From: an uncultured Armatimonadetes bacterium
GTDB taxonomy: Bacteria; Armatimonadota; UBA5829; DTJY01
Reading direction: 5' to 3'
Length of the DNA: 64,000 nucleotides
NCBI GenBank assembly: GCA_963717145.1
Contig: OY970325.1
Coordinates: forward strand, 2,560,001-2,624,000
Part shown: piece after piece, positions 19,681-29,553 of the stretch
Layout: every line of letters begins with the position of its first letter
Numbering within the stretch: the stretch's first letter is position 1
Program-made: the position numbers and the translations under genes
The notes under the pieces: generated by a model
What the model was told of the DNA's origin: nothing
The model's database searches: none
Seen by the model: the letters and a program-made list of their open reading frames with translations, nothing else

Positions 19681-20184
19681 GTCTTCCGACTCCAGTTCCT
19701 CGTACTTGCGGCGTATCGAGGTGAGCAGCTTCGAGACAGCTTGCCTCGATACGCCCATGATCCCCGGCAAGTCCTTCTGCTCGTGGCCTTCCTTGAGCAT
19801 CTGATAGCACGCAAGCTCGGTCGGTGTCAGTCGCACGAGCAGCCGCTCCAGTGTGTCGCGGAGGATGACCGTCTCCGACAGTGCCTGCCGAGACTCCGCG
19901 ATATCGTCCTCGAACGCCGTGTCCGAGTTGCTGAACTCCCTGGCCCCGGCGCCTACACAGCCGCGATTGATCGCCAGCCTCCGAACTGTAGTCCAGATGA
20001 AGCTCTTTGGATGCTCTATCGGCTTCTCGTATTCCAGCAACGCGCGCACCGCATCGGAAACCAGGTCCTGGCGCTCGTCGTAGTTGCCCGAATACTGCTC
20101 GGCACAATCGGCGATGTACCTGCGCCACTGATCATCCACGCGGGACTCACGGGTTGCCTGCTCTATGTTTTCTTGAATGCTCAT
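19672..20184 (-). CDS. small sigma70-family (ECF/group-5-like) sigma factor B, paralog of A (start uncertain)
   Basis: QDLVSDAVRALL...FIWTTVRRLAIN; LTPTELACYQMLKEGHEQKDLPGIMGVSRQAVSKLLTSIRRKY. Confidence 0.72.
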   Translation of the reverse strand: MSIQENIEQATRESRVDDQWRRYIADCAEQYSGNYDERQDLVSDAVRALLEYEKPIEHPKSFIWTTVRRLAINRGCVGAGAREFSNSDTAFEDDIAESRQALSETVILRDTLERLLVRLTPTELACYQMLKEGHEQKDLPGIMGVSRQAVSKLLTSIRRKYEELESEDLL

Positions 20185-20379
20185 CTGCGACCACCCAGCC
20201 AGCATATGTGTCAGATGGCCCCGCATACTGCCTGCGGTGGTATGTCTGACTGCTGTCTCAGTGGTAGCTACTGCACGTTCCGTGCCAAAACGGACAACTC
20301 GGGGCATTTATATGCAATACTGGTATAATTGCTGGCCGGCTGCGATGGGGGTTGCAGGCGGAAGGGGCGGAAAGCAGAA

Positions 20380-20401
20380 CGGGCAGCGTTTCCGCTGCCC
20401 G
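20380..20401 (-). terminator. hairpin downstream of the PQQ-repeat gene
   Basis: CGGGCAGCG-tttc-CGCTGCCCG followed by TTCTGCTTT on the minus strand. Confidence 0.55.
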
Positions 20402-20429
20402 CACATCGTCAATCATATGTATCGATGGC

Positions 20430-22274
20430 CTAGCGATAGCCCGGGGGAGGGGCCTCGTTTGGTGTCTGGTTGCCGGATGAGGATGAGGACGAAGAGCTGT
20501 TCGCGGGTTTCGTCTGGGGAGCCGTCCTCAAGGTATTGTCGACCATGAAGGTCCATTCCTCGTAGGTCTTGTTCCCGGCCCAGTCCTCGACCGTGAGGCT
20601 GGCGACATGCCGCCCGTTGGACAGTGGGATCAGGCGAGCGTCACGGGGCGTCTTATACCAGATGACCCCGCGTTCCGGGATAACCTCGTGATCGAGCGTC
20701 TCTCCGTCGAGGGTGAGCTTGATCGTATCCTCCTTGATTCCGCTGCCGAGGTCCTTCACCAGCGCCGAGATTTCCACGGGCGGGCTTCCCGGCATCAGGA
20801 AGTTTCTCAGCGGGCGCACGGTCTCCACTCTCGGCGGAGTCGAGTCCGGGCTGTCCATCGAAAACGCAAGAAGCGCGCCATCGTCGGCCAGGACATAAAG
20901 CGTCCCATCCGCAACAATCGGAGCAGCCGCAAGGTTCACGTACCGGTACTTATACCTCTGGCTGCCGTACTCCAGGATCGACGGCATGACCGTGTATTTC
21001 CACTTGATCGCCCCGGTTTCAACGTCCAGGGCCAGGATGATCCCCTTGTTCGCGGTCACGATCACCGTGTCATCAACGACAATCGGCGAGGAGTAAGTCG
21101 GCGCGCCGATCTCGACCGGCTCCTTCCACTTGAGTTTGCCAGCATTCGTGAGGGCGCAGAACTTACTCGATTTCCCATCCTTGTAGGCAAAGTAAACGAT
21201 ACCTTTGGCCACAGCCGGGGTAGTAGTGATCTCACCAGGCACGGGGGCGCTCCACTTCACTCTCGAGCTTTTCGACTGCATGGCAAAAAGCGTGTTGCCC
21301 GCCGCCAGGTAGATAGTGTTGTCAGCCACAACCGGAGTGGCGTGCCGCGAGCCTGACCCTATCCGGGTCGCCCAGCTCAATCGGCCGGATACCGTGTTGG
21401 CGGCATAGAGAATCGTATCGGTGGACAGGAAGTATGCCAGCCCGTCGACAACCGCCGGCGACGAGGCGATCCCGTCGGCGGTACGAAAGCCGCCCTTCCA
21501 CTCCATCTCGCCCGTCTGGGCGTTAAGAGCATACAGCTTGCGATCATCGGAGCCGAAATAGAGGATATCGCCCACCAGGACCGGCGAGGACGTAATGTTG
21601 CTGCGGGTCACGAAGCTCCAGACGAGCGACCCATCCTCGGTCGACACGGCGTAGAGCCGCCCATCACCGGCCCCGAAATAGACCATCTTGTCGCCTACTG
21701 CGGGGGACGTCCTGATATTGGCGGTCAGGGTCTCCGTAGCAGGGTAACACCATCGGAATGTGCCCGTGTCAGCGTTCACAGCATACAGCCGCGATCCTGC
21801 GCCGAAGTAGATGACGCCGTCCTTGATTGCGGGAGAAGACGGGTTATCCGGCGAGACATCCGAGAGATACTTCCACGAGAGCTTGAGCGGAAACTCGAGA
21901 TGCTCGTCCGTGTAGCCGGTGTGAGCAGAATCGCCCTTGTACATCGTGTAATCGCGCCGACCAACAATCGGCTCGATCGGCGTGATCTCAGCGGCAGGGG
22001 TGTCGAGCAACGGAGCGGGCTGCTCTTCCGTCGGATTGGTCGGGCCAATCAACGGCGGTTGCGGGTAGTCGCGTCTGGAAGAGTCTCCCCTCGGCGGAGT
22101 CGGAGGCATGCCCGGAGGCGCGGGCGGACCCTCGTCGTCACCATCCGCCAGTCCGGGCGGCATGGGGGGAGGCGGACCCGCCGGCGGCCCTTCCTGCGAG
22201 AGTACAGCAATGGAGACGGACAGGATAAGAATTAGTGCTATCAGACAGGCGATCAGCCTCGTGGGCATTACCAT
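20430..22274 (-). CDS. secreted PQQ-like beta-propeller repeat protein (BamB-like) with Pro-rich N-terminus and C-terminal Ig-like domain
   Basis: repeated SSPAV.DG.VYFG..D.RLYA...G...W units; signal peptide. Confidence 0.85.
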   Translation of the reverse strand: MVMPTRLIACLIALILILSVSIAVLSQEGPPAGPPPPMPPGLADGDDEGPPAPPGMPPTPPRGDSSRRDYPQPPLIGPTNPTEEQPAPLLDTPAAEITPIEPIVGRRDYTMYKGDSAHTGYTDEHLEFPLKLSWKYLSDVSPDNPSSPAIKDGVIYFGAGSRLYAVNADTGTFRWCYPATETLTANIRTSPAVGDKMVYFGAGDGRLYAVSTEDGSLVWSFVTRSNITSSPVLVGDILYFGSDDRKLYALNAQTGEMEWKGGFRTADGIASSPAVVDGLAYFLSTDTILYAANTVSGRLSWATRIGSGSRHATPVVADNTIYLAAGNTLFAMQSKSSRVKWSAPVPGEITTTPAVAKGIVYFAYKDGKSSKFCALTNAGKLKWKEPVEIGAPTYSSPIVVDDTVIVTANKGIILALDVETGAIKWKYTVMPSILEYGSQRYKYRYVNLAAAPIVADGTLYVLADDGALLAFSMDSPDSTPPRVETVRPLRNFLMPGSPPVEISALVKDLGSGIKEDTIKLTLDGETLDHEVIPERGVIWYKTPRDARLIPLSNGRHVASLTVEDWAGNKTYEEWTFMVDNTLRTAPQTKPANSSSSSSSSGNQTPNEAPPPGYR

Positions 22275-22579
22275 CCTCCTTCATGAGGGGCTCAACTGAA
22301 GTATACAGCATTTGTCGCCGCAGCGTCAATCACGACGTGTTCCGCTGAGGCGACGCATTGGCCTCCGACACTCGACAAGCCGTCGGACTCGGCAGACAAT
22401 GCTTCGCCCCGTACAATTGACAGACGAGTTTGGGGTACCGGGTGTTCCGCTGGACAAAAAAACAAGGCCGAGCACGATGCCCGACCTTGAACTCTGCACT
22501 TTGGCCTGCTGATCGACGATTTGTGTCGGAAACAACTGCGCTCGCGGCGCAGTAACTTGCTCAGGATGACAGAGATCTG

Positions 22580-22786
22580 CTACGAAACGTGATCCTCCAT
22601 GACCGGTTTGTCCCGGCGGAGGCACTTCGCGCAGCGCCAGTCTATTTCCATTGCCTCATACATCGACGGAATATTCCGCACAGGGGCTCCACAGATGCCG
22701 CACCGGATCTTGCCGCTGTAGCTGGTTGAGGTAAACAGCTCGTGCTCCGGTTCGATTCCCCCGCTTTCGTATTCCGAATCTGCCAT
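22580..22786 (-). CDS. small zinc-ribbon-like protein
   Basis: CGIC...CAKC; GGAGG RBS. Confidence 0.55.
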   Translation of the reverse strand: MADSEYESGGIEPEHELFTSTSYSGKIRCGICGAPVRNIPSMYEAMEIDWRCAKCLRRDKPVMEDHVS

Positions 22787-22818
22787 GCGTTACCCTCCAC
22801 TATGATACTGTGACGACA

Positions 22819-23607
22819 TTATACCACGTTTGCCCGATCCGCAACATATGTTTGCTGATATAAAGGGTGATCGAGGCCTTTGAGGAGTTCGGAGCAGCCG
22901 TGGCGGAGGAGCGCCTCCATGTTCATCACGTCCTCCTTGTTGTATAGGAGCAGTAGTTCGAGCGCCTCCTGACTGCCGCGCCGGTACTCATGCCAGAGCC
23001 GGACCGCATCGAACCCGCTGAGCCCCTCGCACTCGGGGACGCGCCTGATGCCGAGCTTCGTCTCGATGTTCTTCAGCCCGCCGGAGAGCCCGATCCGCCT
23101 GAGCAGGTGGCAGAGGTCGACGTGGAGTTGATCGATCCGCAGGTCGGGGAAGGTGCGCTGGATGAACGGGATGTCGAACCCGCTGCCGAAGAACGTGACA
23201 AGCGTCTTGTACCGCGAGATCTCCGCGGGGAACTCGTCCATGTTGATCCCCTGGATGAACGTCTTCATCTCGACACCATCATACAGACCGATGACGGTAA
23301 TGCAGTCGCCCCAGTTGCAGCCGGTGGTCTCGATATCGAGGTAGCCGATCGAGTCGCCGAACTCGCTGAGCGCGCGCCAGTGATCCTTCTTCGGAAGCAC
23401 CTCGGAGAAGTAGGCGTGGTCGCGGTCCTCGAGCCGGACTATCGATTCCTCAACTCGCGGGAGAAGGAGCGCCTTCTTCGCAGGGGAGAGCTTCATCTCG
23501 GCATGCTGGGCGATGAACTGCTCCCACGTGAGCGCGCCGGCATCCCAAATCTTCCGCTCGGTGGTGTATCCGATCCCCTGTGCATGGATGAACGTCGAGG
23601 TAAGCAT
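22819..23607 (-). CDS. RNase H-like 3'-5' exonuclease domain protein (YprB-like)
   Basis: YLDIETTG, VTFFGSGFDIPF, HVDL, GGLKNIE, YNKEDV. Confidence 0.82.
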   Translation of the reverse strand: MLTSTFIHAQGIGYTTERKIWDAGALTWEQFIAQHAEMKLSPAKKALLLPRVEESIVRLEDRDHAYFSEVLPKKDHWRALSEFGDSIGYLDIETTGCNWGDCITVIGLYDGVEMKTFIQGINMDEFPAEISRYKTLVTFFGSGFDIPFIQRTFPDLRIDQLHVDLCHLLRRIGLSGGLKNIETKLGIRRVPECEGLSGFDAVRLWHEYRRGSQEALELLLLYNKEDVMNMEALLRHGCSELLKGLDHPLYQQTYVADRANVV

Positions 23608-23637
23608 GACGAGGTCAGTATACCACAAGGAAACGCC

Positions 23638-23690
23638 GATCTCCAGGCGACTCCGTCGCCGGCGGCCGGCGACGGAGTCGCCTGGAGATC
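23638..23690. repeat. ~25-bp perfect inverted repeat
   Basis: GATCTCCAGGCGACTCCGTCGCCGGC-g-GCCGGCGACGGAGTCGCCTGGAGATC. Confidence 0.85.
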
Positions 23691-23726
23691 AGTCTGGGCA
23701 AACTCCCACAGTCCCATACTCCTACA

Positions 23727-24800
23727 CTACCGATAGCTCCCCACTTCCTTCGCCAGGTCCGTGATCCGGCGGAAGTCCTCGAGGCTCACGGAATCCGGGA
23801 CCGAGTGGTCGGACGCGAAGATGTACCCGCCGTTCTGCTTCATCACCGGCACCACGCGCCTGATCTCGGCCTCGATCGCCTCCGGGTTGTCCCAGAGCAT
23901 GGCGTTGATCCCACCATGGAAGACCAGTTTGTCGCCAAACTTCCGCTTCAGATCGATGGGGTCCATCCCCGCCTTGACCTCCAGCGGATTGAGCGCATCC
24001 AGCCCGATCTCGACGAACTCCGGCACGAACGGGGTGACGTTGCCGCACGAGTGGAGGCCCGCCTTCGCACCCTTGGAGTGGATCCAGTCGATCGCGCGCT
24101 TCTGGACTGGCTTGAGCAACTCGCGGTACGTCTTGAGTGAGAAGAACGTGTGGTGCTTGTAGCCCATGTCATCGGGCCAGCGGACGGAGTCGAAGGTGTA
24201 TCCCGCGTCCCAGACTCTGTCGAGCAGGGCGATCTGAACGTCTAGGTAGTGGTTGAACATGTCCGAGCACCACTCCGGGTCCTCGATCATCGCCATCAGG
24301 AGGCGCTCCGTACCGACGGTCCACGAGTGAGTGACGTCGAACCCGAACCAGAGGCCGGTCTCGACCCATCGGCCGTTCTCGCGCCATGTGGCATAGTTGG
24401 CCTTGAGGTGCTCCCAGGGGATGCGGTCGTCGGACGGGGTCATCCGCGCCTTGGCGACCTCCCAGGACTCGCGGTCCTTGACGGTGAAGTCGAGGAACTC
24501 GGGCGTCGAGGTGGCGTGCTTCCAGTTCCTGAGGGTCGCGCCCCACCCTGTTGTCCGGATGATGTACTCGTCGGTCTCCTCGACCACCTTCGACTCGTAG
24601 CGCGGGCTGTTGTCGATTCCGAAACCGGCGACGTGGTCGAGGTCGAAGAAGTCGACGAAGCTGACGTCCTTCGGCATGCCTTCGGAGTGCCACCGCTCGA
24701 CGGTCGTGCCCCAGGGGCTGTCGATGATCGGCACGCGGTCGGCATCTCTGTGTTCGAACATGCGCTTGAAGCGCTCGTGTGATGTCATGGCTTGTGGCAT
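23727..24800 (-). CDS. uroporphyrinogen decarboxylase/MtaA-CmuA family protein
   Basis: MTSHERF...DRVP, DDMG, LHSCG, LNPLE, GGYIFASDHSVP. Confidence 0.85.
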   Translation of the reverse strand: MPQAMTSHERFKRMFEHRDADRVPIIDSPWGTTVERWHSEGMPKDVSFVDFFDLDHVAGFGIDNSPRYESKVVEETDEYIIRTTGWGATLRNWKHATSTPEFLDFTVKDRESWEVAKARMTPSDDRIPWEHLKANYATWRENGRWVETGLWFGFDVTHSWTVGTERLLMAMIEDPEWCSDMFNHYLDVQIALLDRVWDAGYTFDSVRWPDDMGYKHHTFFSLKTYRELLKPVQKRAIDWIHSKGAKAGLHSCGNVTPFVPEFVEIGLDALNPLEVKAGMDPIDLKRKFGDKLVFHGGINAMLWDNPEAIEAEIRRVVPVMKQNGGYIFASDHSVPDSVSLEDFRRITDLAKEVGSYR

Positions 24801-24822
24801 GGGCTCTCCCTCGTGGCTCGAT

Positions 24823-24887
24823 GTAGTGGCCGCGCCTCAGTGCCGGCCTCCCGCGTCGTCTGGCCGGCACAGAGGCACGGCCACTAC
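24823..24887. repeat. GTAG-type REP inverted pair (family A)
   Basis: GTAGTGGCCGCGCCTCAGTGCCGGCC...GGCCGGCACAGAGGCACGGCCACTAC. Confidence 0.85.
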
Positions 24888-24889
24888 GG

Positions 24890-25891
24890 CTACGGCGCGG
24901 GGCCGGTGGACTCGCGAATCTCCAGGTGGCAGGGCAGGATGTTCTCCGAAGGACACTCCTCCGGTTCGCCCTTGATCCGGGCAATCAGCATCCTCGATGC
25001 CAGCGATCCGATCTCATAGAGCGGCTGATGCACGGTCGTCAACTGCGGGATCGCGAGTTCCGCGCTCGTGTCATCGAAGCCGATGAACGACATGTCCCTG
25101 GGCGCTTCGAGACCCGCGTGTCTCGCCGCCTGCATCGCACCGATCGCCATCGCGTCATTCGTGGCGAAGATCGCCGTGGGTCGGGAGTCGAGCTTCAACA
25201 GCCTCTGCATCGCGTCGTAGCCGGACTGTCTGCTGTAGTCCCCGTCGGCGATCAGGTCGGGATCGACCGGGAGTCCCGAGTCTCGCAGCGCATCCTCATA
25301 CCCGCGCAGTCTTTGTTCGGTCAGCATCGCATTCTTCAGGCCGAGGATCAGAGCGATCCTGCGGTGACCGAGGCCGATCAGATACTTCACCGCGTCGTAC
25401 GCTGCCTCCTGGTTGTTCGGCTCGACGAACGGAAAGCCCGTGATCTCGATCCTGCGCTCGACGATAACAAGTGGCACATCTCGATCGCGGACCATATCGA
25501 GGTGCTCGGGGAGCATCGGAGACGTGAAGATGATTCCGTCCACCCGACGCTCGAGCAGGATGTCGATGTTCGCGAGTTCCTTCTCGGCGCTGTCATAGGA
25601 GTTGCAGAGGATCACGTTGTAGTCGAACTGCCGGGCCTCGTCCTCGACCGCGCGAGCCAGTATCGGGGCGACCGGGCCTGCGATGCTCGGGAGGATATGA
25701 CCAAGGAGACCGGTCGCCTGCGTCTTGAGGCTTCGCGCGAGGGCATTGTACCTGTAGCCCAGTTCTGCGATCGCCTGCTCGACCCTGACGCGGGTGTCCT
25801 CCGAGACAACCTCGACCGAGTTGAGCACCCTCGAGACTGTGGCGGTGGATACACCTGCGCGGCGGGCAACATCTTTGATCGTGGGCAGCAT
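24890..25891 (-). CDS. LacI family transcriptional regulator
   Basis: PTIKDVARRAGVSTATVSRVLN; sugar-binding domain with GFDD, LTTVHQP. Confidence 0.95.
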   Translation of the reverse strand: MLPTIKDVARRAGVSTATVSRVLNSVEVVSEDTRVRVEQAIAELGYRYNALARSLKTQATGLLGHILPSIAGPVAPILARAVEDEARQFDYNVILCNSYDSAEKELANIDILLERRVDGIIFTSPMLPEHLDMVRDRDVPLVIVERRIEITGFPFVEPNNQEAAYDAVKYLIGLGHRRIALILGLKNAMLTEQRLRGYEDALRDSGLPVDPDLIADGDYSRQSGYDAMQRLLKLDSRPTAIFATNDAMAIGAMQAARHAGLEAPRDMSFIGFDDTSAELAIPQLTTVHQPLYEIGSLASRMLIARIKGEPEECPSENILPCHLEIRESTGPAP

Positions 25892-25934
25892 TGGGATTCA
25901 CCTTGGCGAACGGCATTGAAGCTCGTGTCGCCTC

Positions 25935-25963
25935 ATATTAACCGCCGGCCATGCTCTTGTCAA
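25935..25963 (-). promoter_or_regulatory. sigma70-type promoter of lacI
   Basis: TTGACA-N17-TAATAT on the minus strand. Confidence 0.6.
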
Positions 25964-25965
25964 GA

Positions 25966-25993
25966 AGTCAGGAGTCAGGAGTCAGGAGTCAGA
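25966..25993. repeat. AGTCAGG heptamer tandem repeat (~4 units)
   Basis: AGTCAGGAGTCAGGAGTCAGGAGTCAGA. Confidence 0.8.
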
Positions 25994-26008
25994 ATGCGGA
26001 ATCCGGCA

Positions 26009-27095
26009 TCACACGGCTCGCACGTACGAATTCCCGGGGACACGGCGGACGAGCGAGAGCATCTCGAGGAGAGTGAGCGTGCTGTTGGCAACCGACGCGC
26101 TGAGTCCGCACTCGGCGATAATGTCGTCCACGTGCTTCGGATGGAGACTGAGCGCCGTCAGCACTGTCTTCTGCTCGGGCGTGATGTTGTCGGGAATCTT
26201 CGGACGCTCACGGCGGTTCGGACGTATACTCGACGGTCACGCCGATCTCCTCCAGGATGTCCTCCGCGCGCTCGACGAGCTTCGCGCCGTCGCGGATCAA
26301 TCGGTGGGGGCCCTCGCTCCGTTCGTTGTCGATGCCGCCGGGGATCGCCCATACGTCGCGGTTCTGCTCGGCGGCGATCCCTGCGGTGATCATCGCGCCG
26401 CCCGTGACGAGGCTCTCGACGACCAGCACCCCGAGCGACATCCCGCTGATGAGCCGGTTCCGCGCCGGGAATCGGTATCCATCGGGCTGAGTGCCGGGGA
26501 CGTATTCGGACATGATCGCGCCCGCATCTGTAATGCGCTTGAAGAGCCCTCGGTTCTCATAGGGATATGGGACATCGAGCCCGCTGCCGAGGATGGCGAT
26601 CGTTCGTCCGGTGGTGACGGCCGCGGTATGGACGGTCGTATCGATTCCCCGCGCGCCGCCACTGACTACAGTGAGCCCTCGAGCGGCCAGGTCGCGGCTG
26701 ATCTTCATCGCCATCGAGCGCCCGTACTCCGAGGGCCTCCGCGTGCCGACGATTCCGACGGCGAATCGGTCCTCCTCGTGCAGTTCCCCCTTGACGAAGA
26801 GCACCGGCGGCGGATCGTAGATCTGGCGGAGGTTCGTGGGGTATTCGCCGTCGCGTATGGTGACGGCTCGCGCGCCCATCTTGTCCAGAGCCTTCATCTC
26901 CTCGTCCACTGAAGTTGCAGCCCCGTCACGGATGCGCTCGGCGGTCTTGTCGCCGAGCGCACCTGCCAGCTTGAGTTCGTTCACCGGCGCGCGGAAGACC
27001 TCCGCCGGATCGCCGAAGTAGTCGACGAGCGACACAGCCTTCTTGGCGGAGAGTTCGAGCCTGGCAAGGCGCACCCACTGTTCGATGTCCGACAA
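26009..27095 (-). CDS. dprA: DNA-processing protein DprA, frameshift near 26212
   Basis: YPTNLRQIYDPPPVLFVKG, IVGTR, VSGGARGID, FPARNRLISG; winged-helix tail ...HVDDIIAECGLS...LLEMLSLVRRVPGNSYVRAV* in another frame. Confidence 0.92.
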
Positions 27096-27258
27096 CACGA
27101 GCCTCCTGACGGCAGGAGTGTAGCAAGCCGACCGCCGTGGTGTCAAGCATAGGAAACTCAGGCGACGGCATCCCAACTCCCAGTGACGGCCAGTAGATGC
27201 AAGAGGCGCAAAGGTGTATACTGTACCCCAGACTTGCTCGAAGGTGAGGAGATAAGCC

Positions 27259-29508
27259 ATGAATCCGCTGTTCAGACCAAGACTGTGCGAATTCCACGGC
27301 AGGGAACTGCCGCTTTTCAAGTCGGGGAAACCCGCATATCAGATCGTGATCGCCGACAACGCTGATCTGCTCATCAAGGAAGCGGCGTCGATCGTCTGCA
27401 AGGGGCTCGGCTACCCGAAGAAGTCGGTGGTCGCCGAGAGCAAGTCCGAGAGCCGCGCGCCCGGCATCTTTTTGTGCACGCCGGAGGGCCCGGGCCGATT
27501 CTCGAAGATCATCGAGGGAAGCCGTCTCCCCGAAGCGCCGAAGAACAGGGACCAGGCGTTCGAGATCATCGTCATGGGCAAGGACATCGTCATGCTTGGG
27601 TACACCTCCAAGGCGATGCTCCAGGCCGCCCGCACCCTCGGCGACCTGGTGTATGTCCCACCTCTGGCCCGTAGGGGAGGCCTTCAACGGCCTCCCCTAC
27701 GGGAGGCCGTTGAAGGCCTCCCCTACGGGCCAGAGGCGTCGCCGGGGAAGAAGGCCGTGCTGCCGGAGATGTCGGTGTTCGACTACCCCGACATCGAGTA
27801 CCGGGGCATCTACGCCGAATGCCGCTGGGGGCCGGACAACATGACCCTTCAGGAATGGAAACAGGCGATCGACTCCCTGGCCGACCTGCGCATGAACGTC
27901 CTGAGCATCGGCATCCACAACAACTGGCCGATCCAGTACGATGGACAGATCTCCGAGTGGCTGCTCGTCCCGATCAAGAAGTATCCCAAGCTCAAGACGC
28001 CGAAGCTGGTCAACTACTACTCCCCCGAGACCAAGCAGGATGTCCGCCTGGAGTACGTGCCCCGCATGTACGAGGAGGACCTCTTCGGCGAGATCATCAA
28101 GTACGGGAAGTCGAAGGGGGTGCTCGTCCGCCCGCACTTCAACACGCCGGGCCACAACACGCAGATTCCGCGCCACTATCCCGAGACCTCATCTAAGTAC
28201 CCGGATGGCACGCCGAAGAAGTACGGCTTCTGCATGAGCAGCCCGAAGACCTTCGAGGTGATGTTCGACATCCTGGACGAGATCTGCGACCGATATCTCC
28301 TACCGAACGGCGTCGACTGGTTCCATATCGGCCTCGACGAGGTCTACCCCTCCGTCGGCATGAACGAGGACACGCCGCTCCTGCGCATCGATCCCTGGTG
28401 CGAGTGCCCGGATTGCGCGAAACGGTCGAAGGATGACCATTTCGTCGACTATGCGGTCCGCCTTGCGAAGCACCTCAAGGAGAAGGGGATCAACAACATC
28501 GGCATGTGGCACGATCACTTCGCGCGCGGCGGGAAGATGAACATCGAGCTTGCCAAGCGCTTCGAGGACGAGGGCCTGAAGGAGAACGTCATCCTCCACT
28601 GGTGGCGATATGCCGACTTCTTCGAGACCACGATGCCCGAACTCGGGCTCAGGCGCTGGGTCACGCCGATGACCGGCTACTTCTACTGGATGAACTACCA
28701 GAACCACCTCGATAACTGCTTCCTCGGGGCAAAAAAGGGCGTCGAGGAGGCGGCCGAGGGCACGGAGGCATACGGGCTCTGGCATCCGTCGTACCATCAG
28801 CACTTCGCGATCCTCGGGGCGAAGGCGTGGAACTCCGATCAGTGGCCGGACGTCGCCTCGTTCCGCCAGGCGTACTCGAAGGTGATGTTCGGCGACCGCT
28901 GGCGGGAGGGCCTCCAGGGGTTCAAATACTTCGACGACATGACCGCCGGGGTCGCGATGATGAACTTCGCGTCGAAGCTCTTCTCGTACCCGTATCTCTA
29001 CGCCAACTGGAAAGAGGATGCGTTCCTCAGGCAGAACTACCCGCGCCCGCTCATCGAGCAGATGGTCCCGAACCCGCTGAACCTGATGGGATTCTTCAAC
29101 CAGATCTCCGCGTACATCCAGAAGGCGATGGACATCTTCTCCAGGGAGGGCCTTTGGCTCCCATCAGCCATCAACCATCAACCATTGTACATGATCGAGT
29201 GCATGAGGATCAGGTCGGTGCTCGATCTCTTCGCGCGGATGGTGGTGGGAGTCCGGCTGCATCGGAACGGCGCGGACGAGGAGGCGCTCTCGAAGGCCGC
29301 GGACGACATCGACGCCGCGACCCTCAAGCTGGAGGAGACGATGCTGGCGATCGAGAAGACGTGGGACCCGCCGTTCGTGCCTCAGACGCTCCGGGAGTTG
29401 ACCCTGATGCGCGACTTCGCCAAGTGCCTCGCCGGCGAACTCCACCTCGGCCCGTCGCCCGAGCTGAAATCCATGGTCACCCAGCCGATCGACTGGCCGA
29501 ATGATTAG
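27259..29508 (+). CDS. GH20-like glycoside hydrolase
   Basis: DYPDIEYRG, PHFNTPGH, FHIGLDEV catalytic-type motif, MWHD. Confidence 0.7.
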   Translation: MNPLFRPRLCEFHGRELPLFKSGKPAYQIVIADNADLLIKEAASIVCKGLGYPKKSVVAESKSESRAPGIFLCTPEGPGRFSKIIEGSRLPEAPKNRDQAFEIIVMGKDIVMLGYTSKAMLQAARTLGDLVYVPPLARRGGLQRPPLREAVEGLPYGPEASPGKKAVLPEMSVFDYPDIEYRGIYAECRWGPDNMTLQEWKQAIDSLADLRMNVLSIGIHNNWPIQYDGQISEWLLVPIKKYPKLKTPKLVNYYSPETKQDVRLEYVPRMYEEDLFGEIIKYGKSKGVLVRPHFNTPGHNTQIPRHYPETSSKYPDGTPKKYGFCMSSPKTFEVMFDILDEICDRYLLPNGVDWFHIGLDEVYPSVGMNEDTPLLRIDPWCECPDCAKRSKDDHFVDYAVRLAKHLKEKGINNIGMWHDHFARGGKMNIELAKRFEDEGLKENVILHWWRYADFFETTMPELGLRRWVTPMTGYFYWMNYQNHLDNCFLGAKKGVEEAAEGTEAYGLWHPSYHQHFAILGAKAWNSDQWPDVASFRQAYSKVMFGDRWREGLQGFKYFDDMTAGVAMMNFASKLFSYPYLYANWKEDAFLRQNYPRPLIEQMVPNPLNLMGFFNQISAYIQKAMDIFSREGLWLPSAINHQPLYMIECMRIRSVLDLFARMVVGVRLHRNGADEEALSKAADDIDAATLKLEETMLAIEKTWDPPFVPQTLRELTLMRDFAKCLAGELHLGPSPELKSMVTQPIDWPND
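27661..27736. repeat. 36-bp perfect inverted repeat (GTAG-type REP doublet) inside the GH20-like CDS
   Basis: CCTCTGGCCCGTAGGGGAGGCCTTCAACGGCCTCCC-ctac-reverse complement. Confidence 0.9.
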
Positions 29509-29518
29509 GCGGCGCTAC

Positions 29519-29547
29519 TTGACTTCTGCCTGCTATTGGGGGATAAT
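29519..29547 (+). promoter_or_regulatory. sigma70-type promoter
   Basis: TTGACT-N17-GATAAT. Confidence 0.7.
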
Positions 29548-29553
29548 CCTCGT

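Noticed and set aside
23727-24800. Calling this gene hemE
   Set aside because: Motifs (DDMG, HSCG, SDHSVP) fit the broad MtaA/CmuA-like branch; no heme pathway context
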